From a virus, in IMG/VR virus record IMGVR_UViG_3300010167_000003: a DNA stretch of 64,000 nt. One strand, 5' to 3'. Under the pieces are notes generated by a model. It was given only the letters and a program-made list of their open reading frames with translations, searched no databases and had not been told where the DNA came from. Below, in pieces: positions 25,901 through 35,400 of this stretch; within the stretch, counting starts at the first letter, position 1, and each line of letters opens with the position of its first letter. The translations under genes were made by a program, and so were the position numbers.

Positions 25901-28900
25901 TACCAGCCGCTGTGCTTGATGGCGCTGGCATAGCGTTACCTTGTACACTCCCAGTCGCGTGAGAGTGTATTCCAGTGTGGGCCTTCCCAGGGTGCGCCTC
26001 GCTTCCTGTAGATATGACCCCAGCGAGCAATGGCCTTGGAGTGTTGATCTCTGTATTAAGCGTGGACATAGTTGACATAAGAGCTATACCAATCAAGATT
26101 AAAATGATGCCTATAATCGTGAACAGTTTTTTGAGCCGGTCCATCATGTCTCGGAACTCGTCTTCCATGTTCCCATAGAAGTTGTGGCCGAACGCCTCCA
26201 ACATAAGCTCATTCATCATTACCAGCTCGGCTGAAGAACGGAAGTCTATACCATCAGTGACAAGTTCAACAATGGTTACGTTGGGGTCTTGCGCGAGCTC
26301 ATAAAATCTGTCCCTCTTTATCAACCGTCGGTGGTTGCCTTCCCAGTCGTAGCCATAATCTGAGTTGAACTCTGGAAAGAATGTTAGCTGAATCCTACCA
26401 CCGCTGGTGTTGTTTCCGAGGTAAGGGTTACTTCCCCATCCTATTAGTGATTCTTCCGTATCAAGGGGGTCCCCTGTTGGGTTTCCTGTGGTCCCAGGGC
26501 CACTCACAACAGGATTGTCAGGGTCGAACGGGTTTGGGTTCCAATCATCCCCAGCTGTCACGTCTCCATCAACGATGTCACCGCCAACAGGGAACCCAAC
26601 GTGCATTCGACTCTCTGGTGTGTCTTGTCTATAATACCCACCTTTCCATGTCCAATAGACGCAGTTAGTGTCAGGGTCTGCACCCCAGGCGTGCCAGTTC
26701 TTCAGGGTCACGCTACCAGCTACATAGAGGCGTCCACTTTGTGACAACCTCATTAGTTCAATGAACATATCCATAGACGCCATCCAGATAAATGACATCC
26801 AGAAGTCCCCAGTCATCAGCACCGGGGTCTCAGATAGGGTAACGACTGGGTATTTAATTTCCGTCTGCCGTTGGCTTATCTGAATCCAGTAGGAACCAGC
26901 AGCTGGCATTGGCAGCACTGACGGGTATGGTAGGGACAAACCAAAGCTACCATCTGGTGTTACATTTGTTGGGTCGAGTGCACAGTTTACACACAGTATA
27001 TTGGGGTTCCACGCGGTAGGAGGCTGGTTTATTACCTGGATGCTGTCATAGTGCATCCACCAAACACCCCACGGCCCTGGTAGGCCGGGGTCGATAATCT
27101 CTACCTCAGCGCCAGTCGATGAGCACCTGAACTTCTTGATAGTAAGGTTCTTAGTGGCCTGAGCAAGAATGGCATAGTTAATCACAGTGGACAGTGCGAA
27201 GCTGTCACCAAACGGGGCGTTAGTGGCGCTACCCTGTTGTACATTGAACACTTTGACCCGGTACGCCCCTGCACTTGCGTCTGCTGGGCTCATCATCGGA
27301 GGTAGACCTACTGATGGAGGGATGGGGTCGTCGTTCTTTTCCCATCCGTATAGCACGTGAGCACCAGTAGGGATGAAGGGGGCGCTCGCACCGTTGTACA
27401 CCGACGTGAAGCTCTCCGGCACACCCTCAGAGACGAACGTGTATGTTATCTGACCGTTACCACTCACCAGGACATCGTAGCTGAATCTATCGGTCGGTAC
27501 GTTCTGTTGTTCTTCTTCATCCATCCAGTCATTGTTGATGTAATCCGGGAAGAACACCCTATTGCCACACCACTCTATCCACTCTCTATTAATGCTGCGC
27601 TCCTTACAAACAACTGTCATCGCTTTACCGAAGCGGTCGCGCAGCATGATGGGTTGTGTCTCGAAGTGCACAGCTTCTTCCAGCGCACCGTAGTAGTGCC
27701 ATCTGCGTCGGTTGCCAACTGGAGCCCAGTCAGCGGTGTTGGTGACAATAGGACAGCTGCCCTCCATAACGAGCTGCTTCTGATAACCATTTGAGAAGTT
27801 GGGATAGGCTATGCGCGTGTCGAACTGCGGGTTGTTCTCCGGGTTATTTCTGGCCTCCATAAAGAACTGGCCGCCAGGGTAGATCACCGGCGCTTGAATC
27901 ATGTGGTGGTAGATGTAGCCTGTGGATTCCATACTCACAAGGTGTGGGTATTGAATAGCCTGACCGTACAAGTCCTGGCCCTTGGCTATCTTGAGGTTTT
28001 CCACTACAGCTACAGCGGCGAAGGGATAAATAATGGCTGTCTCGTTAGCGGTCTGACCCACCACTGTGACTACGTTTATCACGTTGTCGTCGTTCATGTT
28101 CTCAGTTATGAGGGTGAGGTCGCGCTCCTCTTTGAAATAGAAAGCTGCGGGTGCGTCCGCACGTTTTATCGGGCGTACAAGCAACCGTCCATCGGTGTCG
28201 AACAGGACTTCATGGATGATGCTCTGAGCCAGCCGAGCTAAGACGTCCAGAGGGTGCTCCTCAATGAAGTTCGCAACCAGGAGCCGGTTGGCTATTTCAC
28301 AGTCGGGGTCAAGGTTTATCTCAAACTCCGGCCTGAAGGTAACTGTTCTGGTATACGTAAAGACGCTGCCGGTCCACACCTCTTGCACGGTTACGTGTTC
28401 GGCCAAGTCCTTCAGCCCCATGAGGTAACAGACGTCGATGATGATGTCCTTCACTGTCCAAGCCCTGGGTGCTTTGTACATGGTGCCGTCGGTGCGTATC
28501 TTCGTCCAGTCGAAGTGCCAGTTGTTGACGCCGAGGTACTCGGACTGCTCTGAATAAATGCCAGCGGAGATGGTATCTTCAATGAACATCTTAGCGCGGT
28601 CACGACACTGTATCTGAATGGTCGAACCGTCAGGCGTGGTCGTCATCGACACAGTATCAATGAACCCCTGGAATTTCTGAAGGTATTTATCGTCGTAGCC
28701 AAAGTACACAGACACCGGCACGTTGGCGGCCACCTTATGTTTGTTGGGGCCACTGTAACGGGTGTCAATATTCATGGCTGTTATGCTCACAGTGTTGGAG
28801 GCTACGTTGCGGCTCCGGTCCAGCTGAATGTTCAACACAGAAGCCAGCGCATACTTGTTGTCCAGGAGGACGAGCGCCGATGGCTTACGTTGATAGTTTG

Positions 28901-29006
28901 ACGTGGCGGAGCTTATGATGGTTGAATCAGGGACGGTAAGCAGATTGGCACGTAACCAATCTGGTAGCACCTCTTCAATGTGTATCTTCTGATAAATTGA
29001 CGGCAT
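22929..29006 (-). CDS. giant (2025 aa) virion protein with a baseplate-hub-like N-terminus, internal TM pair and OB-fold spike-like C-terminus
   Basis: Uninterrupted ORF with a good RBS. The N-terminal ...YFGYDDKYLQKFQGFIDTVSMTTTPDGSTIQIQCRDRAKMF resembles gpD/XkdQ-type hub proteins. There are two hydrophobic helices (about 25805-26140). The C-terminal GRIVQIRAHGRYLVKLL...LRVGDTVIISWG is gpV-like. Confidence 0.8.
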   Translation of the reverse strand: MPSIYQKIHIEEVLPDWLRANLLTVPDSTIISSATSNYQRKPSALVLLDNKYALASVLNIQLDRSRNVASNTVSITAMNIDTRYSGPNKHKVAANVPVSVYFGYDDKYLQKFQGFIDTVSMTTTPDGSTIQIQCRDRAKMFIEDTISAGIYSEQSEYLGVNNWHFDWTKIRTDGTMYKAPRAWTVKDIIIDVCYLMGLKDLAEHVTVQEVWTGSVFTYTRTVTFRPEFEINLDPDCEIANRLLVANFIEEHPLDVLARLAQSIIHEVLFDTDGRLLVRPIKRADAPAAFYFKEERDLTLITENMNDDNVINVVTVVGQTANETAIIYPFAAVAVVENLKIAKGQDLYGQAIQYPHLVSMESTGYIYHHMIQAPVIYPGGQFFMEARNNPENNPQFDTRIAYPNFSNGYQKQLVMEGSCPIVTNTADWAPVGNRRRWHYYGALEEAVHFETQPIMLRDRFGKAMTVVCKERSINREWIEWCGNRVFFPDYINNDWMDEEEQQNVPTDRFSYDVLVSGNGQITYTFVSEGVPESFTSVYNGASAPFIPTGAHVLYGWEKNDDPIPPSVGLPPMMSPADASAGAYRVKVFNVQQGSATNAPFGDSFALSTVINYAILAQATKNLTIKKFRCSSTGAEVEIIDPGLPGPWGVWWMHYDSIQVINQPPTAWNPNILCVNCALDPTNVTPDGSFGLSLPYPSVLPMPAAGSYWIQISQRQTEIKYPVVTLSETPVLMTGDFWMSFIWMASMDMFIELMRLSQSGRLYVAGSVTLKNWHAWGADPDTNCVYWTWKGGYYRQDTPESRMHVGFPVGGDIVDGDVTAGDDWNPNPFDPDNPVVSGPGTTGNPTGDPLDTEESLIGWGSNPYLGNNTSGGRIQLTFFPEFNSDYGYDWEGNHRRLIKRDRFYELAQDPNVTIVELVTDGIDFRSSAELVMMNELMLEAFGHNFYGNMEDEFRDMMDRLKKLFTIIGIILILIGIALMSTMSTLNTEINTPRPLLAGVISTGSEAHPGKAHTGIHSHATGSVQGNAMPAPSSTAAGILNIVPNTTAQQAIIALAMILLGILLLLMNFGSGIGRNISKVMETMKGRVTGIRREEIHLEHNAAQAATWQIMKGLDHTLGLWHERLGNMQYAKFGYDDDGQHCWVYIMDLTRPGASGVAFPAGCWVTSFGWETPELGDRDLINFYREGGRHTKFMSYQFTVEGFGEDEVMGYSAEYLLKKRFTNRGGFGLPVEPDDDWFLSVGYEMLVDRSHTEVSVTDTGLWWNFFERREDFAPRLYKYIAVCIYSIREGVGDTARTSTPVTGEPDDSRVFASGRVSVQPAWPSSAPPRNPKKPKVNYGDGILRWGFWVSRGLNPAWYSKFRWLEDKLEQNYLGFRVLYIGQMQTVTHILNNFRYSEAQVDIRIWGKAYGKFAPTIIFYKETDQLSMGSYGKREMRLENSAINCYKVARKIANMLASFAATSYTFETTGKPHIKEGDIVHIKEETTGAAGGMFRTWENSFRAPEERIVTHPANMLNSMPLMGIINPTCACPTYGNNTLIGSGLGELSGTNPSPARLIEVDKAANPIWFAQTLGNASPSFVLRWDAGSVGNALFTQEITIVGMRETQSVHFIDYGIASGMSDHFFPGQVLCGAMDEEKRYLWVGHTAGLSCFDCFLKTTIFTVPLGPVWGVGAATWKVWDMYIRDYSYQNCGIVLVLTDSGLHAYQNFSQQWDRTAFGSLIASYSAFPRPMPRSMTYSKSLREAVVVNVSSANAPASLHGISVEALCHVQYPELGMEVEFGPNLWSVDFMQDAEMLHNFPDPGARKIYIDRFFRPVHAIRDIVRDLIVTDTVNNRVYRINPSGKFYITKISDGYHVTDDATAYINMIEAVTIDAAAPLMLTNFGKNFIQEKTADQIEAESAIGMGRIVQIRAHGRYLVKLLTSDTVVEAYNNSSDDDLRVGDTVIISWGIGGAGRSAILGKKSLWDWVTETGDPYISTDATRIDVSKYGQSVASGTPNTTSADYTALNAKIRMLEQRVRILGSHLGIAW

Positions 29007-29038
29007 AAAGTTCCCTCTCTTCCGTGCTGGTTACGAAC

Positions 29039-29047
29039 ATTGTAGCA
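29039..29047 (-). promoter_or_regulatory. extended -10 element (TGCTACAAT) upstream of the 2025-aa gene
   Basis: The reverse complement of 29039-29047 reads TGCTACAAT. It lies between the terminator and the RBS. The -35 is weak. Confidence 0.3.
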
Positions 29048-29054
29048 GGAAGGT

Positions 29055-29090
29055 ACAAAATAAGAACTGCCGGACCATGAGCCCGGCAGT
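29055..29090 (-). terminator. intrinsic terminator
   Basis: On the minus strand: ACTGCCGG-9 nt-CCGGCAGT, followed by TCTTATTTTGT. Confidence 0.7.
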
Positions 29091-29110
29091 CACACGTTGT
29101 TTTGGATAGA

Positions 29111-29395
29111 TTACTTCTTGCCTTTGGGAGCGGGGGTTTCTTCTACTTCCTCAGCGGGTTCCTCAACCTTTGGAGCTGGTTCGTCGCCCTCTTTCTGGAG
29201 CAGCCTGTAAACCACGCCACCCAAGCTGCGGGTGCTCAGCTCTACAAAACCAGCTCCTAACGACGCTGTAACGCCATGCAAAACTGCCGTCTCATCCTGG
29301 CCCAGCACCGGACAGATGTTTACATCTTCCGGGCAGAACGCACACCACTTTCCATCATTGCCTCTCGGTACTGCTACTATCGACCTGCGAATCAT
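29111..29395 (-). CDS. small hypothetical protein with acidic/Pro-rich tail
   Basis: 94 aa. Very strong RBS (AGGAGGAGG). Directly followed by a terminator. Confidence 0.65.
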   Translation of the reverse strand: MIRRSIVAVPRGNDGKWCAFCPEDVNICPVLGQDETAVLHGVTASLGAGFVELSTRSLGGVVYRLLQKEGDEPAPKVEEPAEEVEETPAPKGKK

Positions 29396-29419
29396 AAAAA
29401 AGTTCCTCCTCCTTTTTCC

Positions 29420-30445
29420 TTATCCAACTCTGAAAGTTATATCGTAGTTGACTTGCATCAACTCGTTATGCTTGATGACGATAGGCTGCGCTAATCTGGT
29501 GTGGTCAAGAATAAACCACTGCCAACGTGTGGTGTTGGGAATTTCGTTTATAGTGCTTGGGATGCTGCCAGCAGGTAGGATGACTATTTCACCCTCGTAT
29601 GTCTGCGCTACCGTATTAGCTACCGTATTAGTAACCCTATATGGGTATGTGCCGGGTGTGCTGGGTGTACCGGCAAGCACACCATTAGCCGCAGTAAGTG
29701 CTATACCGGGCGGCCAAGCAAAGCCAGTTTGCATACTCCAGCTAGGTTGAATGTTTTGTCCTATCCGTGTTGTAAACTGGCCGTGATAAGGCACATTAAC
29801 CATATGCTCATGTGGAACTATCGAAACCCGCCCCATGCGTTTGGTTAAACCAACTTCGGTGACAAAAATGTCCGACTGATTGGCTCTCACGTTCTGGTAG
29901 GACTTCCATAGTTTCTTATGCCACGTCTGGTTCTCCGTGTCGTACCGCAGTTGAGCGTTTTCAGTGGATTGAACGGTTACGATGAAGTCAGCGGCATTAC
30001 CAAGAAGTTGCGGTATGGTCATCAAGCGGATGCTGCTTTCCTCACGCACGCCCGACCCAATCAGCACCCCCTGATCCAGAGCGGTGGTATTGGGGATCAT
30101 CTCGGATATTAAACCAATAAAGTTCGACCCTGCACTGTTTGGCAGATTCCAATGTGTGATACCATCTTGCGCCAACGCTGTAAAATTGTTGGCGTCGAAC
30201 CCACCACCTGTAGCAAAATGTCCAGGCACTTCAGGTGGCATCAACATCCAAGCGGCGAACTTGTAATAATTGAAATTCCAAGTCCGAGCAAGATCACGCA
30301 CTTGCAGCTTAGGAGCACCATCAGCGCCAAACAGTGTGGCGGTTATAGCAGCTCTCGGAGGGGGAGGGAGGTGCAATCCTGCCAACTCCCTGTCCACTCT
30401 ATCAAGCTGTTGCAGTTTTTCAGACAATAAATCTATTACCTTCAT
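29420..30445 (-). CDS. structural paralogue 3 of 3
   Basis: The N-terminus (ITATLF...VRDLARTWNFNYYKFAAWM) and the C-terminal end (QVNYDITFRVG) are shared with the two upstream genes. Confidence 0.7.
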   Translation of the reverse strand: MKVIDLLSEKLQQLDRVDRELAGLHLPPPPRAAITATLFGADGAPKLQVRDLARTWNFNYYKFAAWMLMPPEVPGHFATGGGFDANNFTALAQDGITHWNLPNSAGSNFIGLISEMIPNTTALDQGVLIGSGVREESSIRLMTIPQLLGNAADFIVTVQSTENAQLRYDTENQTWHKKLWKSYQNVRANQSDIFVTEVGLTKRMGRVSIVPHEHMVNVPYHGQFTTRIGQNIQPSWSMQTGFAWPPGIALTAANGVLAGTPSTPGTYPYRVTNTVANTVAQTYEGEIVILPAGSIPSTINEIPNTTRWQWFILDHTRLAQPIVIKHNELMQVNYDITFRVG

Positions 30446-30461
30446 AGCTCATTACACCTCT

Positions 30462-31520
30462 CTATCCAACTTTGAGTGTTATATCATAATTGACTTGCAG
30501 AATTGCATTGTGCTGAATTGCCATGCGCTCAGCCAGCTTGGTGTGATCCATAATAAACAGGGCGCACGCACCGGGAAGTCCTCCAGTGTCTGTAACTGTG
30601 GTCAGCAAAGAAGCTATAGTATGAGCGGTTTGCCTTGTTAAGACAGTGTGTATGTTTTGCATAGACCAAGATGTTAGAGTCCCCCATTCTGAGGGCACGC
30701 CCCAAGGATTGGGTATGGTAGGTGGTGGTGGTATGTTGGACCCCAGTACAGCGTTTACACGATTCGTTATCATGAGAACATGTCTGTCTAGCATCTGCTG
30801 AAATTGGGCTGCGCTCCACGCAAAGGTTGTTTGTATTGCGTTCCCATCATTAATGGTAAGATGATGGCCCCCCGGCATAAACATACCCTGTAAGAAACTC
30901 GGAGACGTCAAGAACATACCAATATTACCTAAACCTTTGGAAAGGCCAACCTCAGTTACAATAATGTCCTCTTCGTCCTCCCTTATGTTTTGATAGGATT
31001 TCCACAGTTTCTTGTACCACGTTTGGGTTTCGTCATCCCATCGCAGGGCGGCATTCTCAGTGGACTGGATGGTTACGATGAAATCCTCCGGTGTTTGGTG
31101 TATCTGTGGCATGGACATCAGACGAACGCTATTCTCCATTCTTTCTCCGTTCCCTATGATGATGCCTTGTCTCAGGTTAGTAGTATTAGGAATTGGGGCG
31201 GAACCCATCAGCTGTGTCAAGTTCCGATGTGTGATACCATCTTGTGCCAGCGCAGTAAGTGTACCCGCCTCAAACCCACCAGTATTAGAATGGTACTTGT
31301 CATCTTCCGGTGGGAGGAAGGCCCACCCAGCAAACTTGTAGTAGTTATAGTTCCAGGTCTGCGCTAGGTCTCTAATCTGAAGCTGCGGAGTGCCGCAAGG
31401 ACTAAACAACGTAGCTGTTATAACGGCTTTTGGAGGTATAGGCATATGTAAATCCTGGCACTCCTCCTCTAACCGTTTAAGCCGGTCGAGCTTATCAGAC
31501 AAAAAATCCAATACTCTCAT
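30462..31520 (-). CDS. structural paralogue 2 of 3
   Basis: Same conserved ends (IRDLAQTWNYNYYKFAGWAF ... QVNYDITLKVG). Confidence 0.7.
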   Translation of the reverse strand: MRVLDFLSDKLDRLKRLEEECQDLHMPIPPKAVITATLFSPCGTPQLQIRDLAQTWNYNYYKFAGWAFLPPEDDKYHSNTGGFEAGTLTALAQDGITHRNLTQLMGSAPIPNTTNLRQGIIIGNGERMENSVRLMSMPQIHQTPEDFIVTIQSTENAALRWDDETQTWYKKLWKSYQNIREDEEDIIVTEVGLSKGLGNIGMFLTSPSFLQGMFMPGGHHLTINDGNAIQTTFAWSAAQFQQMLDRHVLMITNRVNAVLGSNIPPPPTIPNPWGVPSEWGTLTSWSMQNIHTVLTRQTAHTIASLLTTVTDTGGLPGACALFIMDHTKLAERMAIQHNAILQVNYDITLKVG

Positions 31521-31535
31521 GGAGAATCAGCCTCC

Positions 31536-32336
31536 CTACACTTGCCCGTCAACCATAGGAACGTCAGGCAGCGTAAATACTATGTTGTAATCCACCCTTA
31601 GCATGGTGTTGTAAGCCAACGGTACGGGCACGGCCAGTCTGGTTCTGTCCAGAAGGATACGATGCTGTTGGGCAGGTGTTACTGGCACAGCGTTTCTAGC
31701 GTTGGCAGTGTATATCCCCAAACTTTTCACAAGACCAACTTCAGTTATCGTAAAGTCCCTCGGTGGAACAACTGCGTTGTGGAAGAATTTACGAACCTGC
31801 TGCGTCCACGTCTTACTTGCTCTATCCCATGTTGTTTTATTATTCTCCACCGCAGTGCCAATAATTCCAGTTTGTGTCAGCTGCCCAGGCAATGTATAGG
31901 TTTGGATGGTGTCAGCAGCAGCACTTTCACCAATGACAATACCATCAAGCACGTCCGACCCACCATATTCAAAGCTGTTGAGTATGTTGTGTGGGCCGTT
32001 GGGGTTGGTCCCCACGAGGTCTACACCGCCACCCTGGTTCGTTACCGTCAGGGTGAAGTTCTGCGGGTAGTCCCTGAGATTGGTTACATTGTCCGCCATG
32101 AGATTCGGGCCTGGGGACAAGAACATCCAACCCACCAACTTGTAATAGTTAAGGTTCCACGTTTGGGCCATAGCGTGCACCCTCATTATCGGGTCGCTTT
32201 CAGGGTCGTTGTTCTTAAACAATGTAGCCGTGATGAAGGTCTTTACTGGGACAGGCAAGTGCAGGTCTTGGCACTCCTTGGTGAGAGCGTCCAGTCTTGC
32301 CTGTCGTTCGGGCGTAACAAGGTTAATATCCTGCAT
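31536..32336 (-). CDS. structural paralogue 1 of 3 (shortest, most diverged)
   Basis: ITATLF...MAQTWNLNYYKLVGWMF...RVDYNIVFTLP. Start is ATG 32336 or GTG 32348. Confidence 0.65.
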   Translation of the reverse strand: MQDINLVTPERQARLDALTKECQDLHLPVPVKTFITATLFKNNDPESDPIMRVHAMAQTWNLNYYKLVGWMFLSPGPNLMADNVTNLRDYPQNFTLTVTNQGGGVDLVGTNPNGPHNILNSFEYGGSDVLDGIVIGESAAADTIQTYTLPGQLTQTGIIGTAVENNKTTWDRASKTWTQQVRKFFHNAVVPPRDFTITEVGLVKSLGIYTANARNAVPVTPAQQHRILLDRTRLAVPVPLAYNTMLRVDYNIVFTLPDVPMVDGQV

Positions 32337-32417
32337 GGTTAATCTCACATCCTTTAGAATTTAGTGTTTCATAATTTGTAAGTATACCCCAACTATAGCA
32401 TCACCATCCCGTTGGGG

Positions 32418-35400
32418 TTATCCACTCGTTTTAACTTCTATGGTAACTTTCGGGTCCGGCGGTGGCTCCATTTCTGCAACTATCCTCGATATAGGAGACA
32501 CCGCAATTACAACGCCGGATGTCAGATTCGCCGTTACCGCACCATCTAACCCTCGCGTTCGTGGTTCATCGTTAGTCACAACCACTGTTTCCGGTTGTGG
32601 TGGGGCGTCAGGCTCTATGTGAAGCTGTGTACATTGTTCGACTTCAACAACTGTTGTCATGTTAGGCGCAACTTTGACGTCCTTGTCAATAGCCCCTATG
32701 TCATCGTCAGTGTAGACCACAGTTACTTTGTGCAACGGTGGTTCGTCTGTAGCCACGTCTAGCCCATCTTCTGGCGGTTCTATCGGAGTGATGGTTGGTG
32801 GTAGAGGATTGCCGCTGCCGCCATCCTGTTCAAATACAACCTCGTCGTTTATAGAAACAACAAGTCCGAACGGTGAGGGCTGCACGCTGTTTATCTTCGT
32901 CTGCGTAGTGACCACCACAGTAGGTATAGCCTCAGTCATCTGGTACTCCACATCTATTACAACCGGTGGCGATGTTAATTCCTGGGTTATTACCTTAACC
33001 CCTAAAGGCGTTATAGCCTTACCAATGCTGGGCATGTCTTCCACTTTCGCGGTGGGTGCAGCTTCAAGCGGTGGTGTAATATCAGCCGAAGCCTGTACGC
33101 GCTCGCGGATGGATATGACAGTGGCCCTGCTACCGAACTGCGGTATAACTGCCTCTATTATTGGTGTGTCACCATCTATTACAGCAGCAACGTCCATTGT
33201 TATTGGTATATCAAGTGCCTTATCAGCTCCTGTTGACACGTCATCCAGTTCTGTTCTAACGGTATTCTGTGCCACGGGTGCAAGTATTGCCACACGTACA
33301 TCAGGTTCCGGTTCGACCGGCGGCGGGATGACTGGGCGCTCCACATTGCCAGTCACTTCAACCGTCAACGCTGCTTTTATTCCAGGCAGCAGGTTGAGTG
33401 AGCGTGATACTGGTATATCATCCACTGATGCCTCTACCGTTGTGCTAACAGGAATGTCGATCTGCGCACCCACCTCAGATGTAGTGGCTTCCGTGGAGAT
33501 AACAAACTTGGATGCCACCGATGTAATAGTCTGGGTCTGGCCTACTCCATCAACGATCTCCAATACAGGCTTCGTATCAACTGGGAGGTCAACTTCCGCA
33601 ACCGGTACAGTATGCGCATCAGGTTCAGGATTGATTGTCCATTCGGCTTGCGGCAGCGGCGGCATATCCGTAGTCACATTAACAAGCGGCTCCAAAATAG
33701 TGCTTACTGTGGAGGACACCGGCAACTCTATCTCAACTGGGCACTTACCCGCAGCATGGACAGTTTCAGCTGTTTCAACACCGATAAGGTTGATCTTGGC
33801 AGGGAAGATTATACCGGCAGTCACAGTTACTTCTCTTGTTTCGTCGGCGTGTATCACCACCAACGGTTGTCTAGGCCACAACGGATTGTCGCTGCCGCCT
33901 TCCTGACGATGGACTATCTGGAGGTCGATTGCAACTATAAGTCCAAACGGCGACGGTACTCTGCCACCCAATGACAGCTGTATATCTTTGGCTTCTTCCA
34001 GTGCTGGGTCGGTAGTCACTATCTCGTGTTCGATGTTCGCAATCTGGGTCATCTCCTGCTCCGCTGTACCCCTAGTAACGGACACTTCGGCATGTACAAC
34101 CTGCCTCAACGTACCCTCTCCACCGATTGTGTCTACCCCTTCCACATCCGTGGTAGTTTCGATGTCTGGTGTGATGTTCGCTTCCACTATGCCACCAAGG
34201 GCGGGTAGGAAGGCTTCGGCGGTTACATTAGCCACCGGTGCATCGGCGATTATTGTTATACCAGATACTGGCTCCGAAGTGATCTCCGTGGCTATCGGAG
34301 CATAGACCATGCGTTCGGTCTCCACGGCCTCTGCCTCAACAATGTCGCGGCTGGTTGTAACAATGGCCTCCGACGGCTGGTGGACAAGTTTCACTAAGAC
34401 ATCAGGTTCCGGTTCGACCGGCGGCGGGATGACTGGGCGCTCCACATTGCCCGTGACCTCGTAGGTTACAGCGGCTTTTAGGCCGTTGTCCAGTACGTCA
34501 AGCTCAATGACTGCTCTCGAAGCCTCGTCTCTAACTACTTCTATGACTTTGCTAATCGGCGGGTCTATCTCAACGGTGTTCTCCAGACCCTTAGCACCAG
34601 TAATAACCGTAAGATTGGCTGTGGCCGCCCTGTGCACCAAACGGAGTTCGACCACTTCAGCGGCAGGTGCGACGGTTGGTGTGGTTTCAAGCAGTGGTGT
34701 AATATCCACTGTGTTCTGGAGATCGGCAGCTTGTGTGGTGACTGTAACCCTGTTCCGTGGCAGCGGCGGCGTACCACCTACTCTCGTAATTGGTATAGGA
34801 GCAGCACCTACTATGGTTTCTACTGGTGCCTCTATATGTCTTGTCAAAGTACGAGTTTCATCAGCATCCTCAACGGTCTTAGCATCTCCGAACTGGATGT
34901 TGACAAGATGATACAGTGTGGCATCAATAGTTTCATGCCACGTTTCGCCAGTGGGGATGATAACAGGTGGTGGTCGTGGTGGTAATGGTATTCCGCTGCC
35001 ACCTTCTTCTTCCCACACTATCTCGCCATTCACTGTCACAGTCAGACCATGTGGCCTGAAATGCCTGTTGTTCATCAATGGCAGCTCAACAGGGTAGGCG
35101 TCAATTTCCGCATCCATCCACTCGTCATAATCGAGCACCACAAGAGCATCTGTATAAACAGATGCAGATACTATACTGACTCTGGCTTGGGGTCCTATTA
35201 TTAAAATTTCTACTTCAGGCTTACAGTCACATTCTGCTCCAGAAGGGGCGAATAGCAGCGGTGGCAAGGCGCTGGCGTCTGTTTTGCCATCGCCAATTTT
35301 TAGGATGTCGAAGTCGGCGCTTGAGGTGCGGTCCACATGTAAGTGGCCTTTTACTGGTATTACGCCGGAGAGTATGTTATTTATAAAGTCGTCATCATTG

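Noticed and set aside
32728-33906. 392-aa plus-strand ORF (also 31662-32342, 33988-34305 and 34486-34911), antisense to the late genes
   Set aside because: Ser/Thr/Gly-rich shadow frames of long minus-strand genes. They have no RBS and run against the operon orientation.
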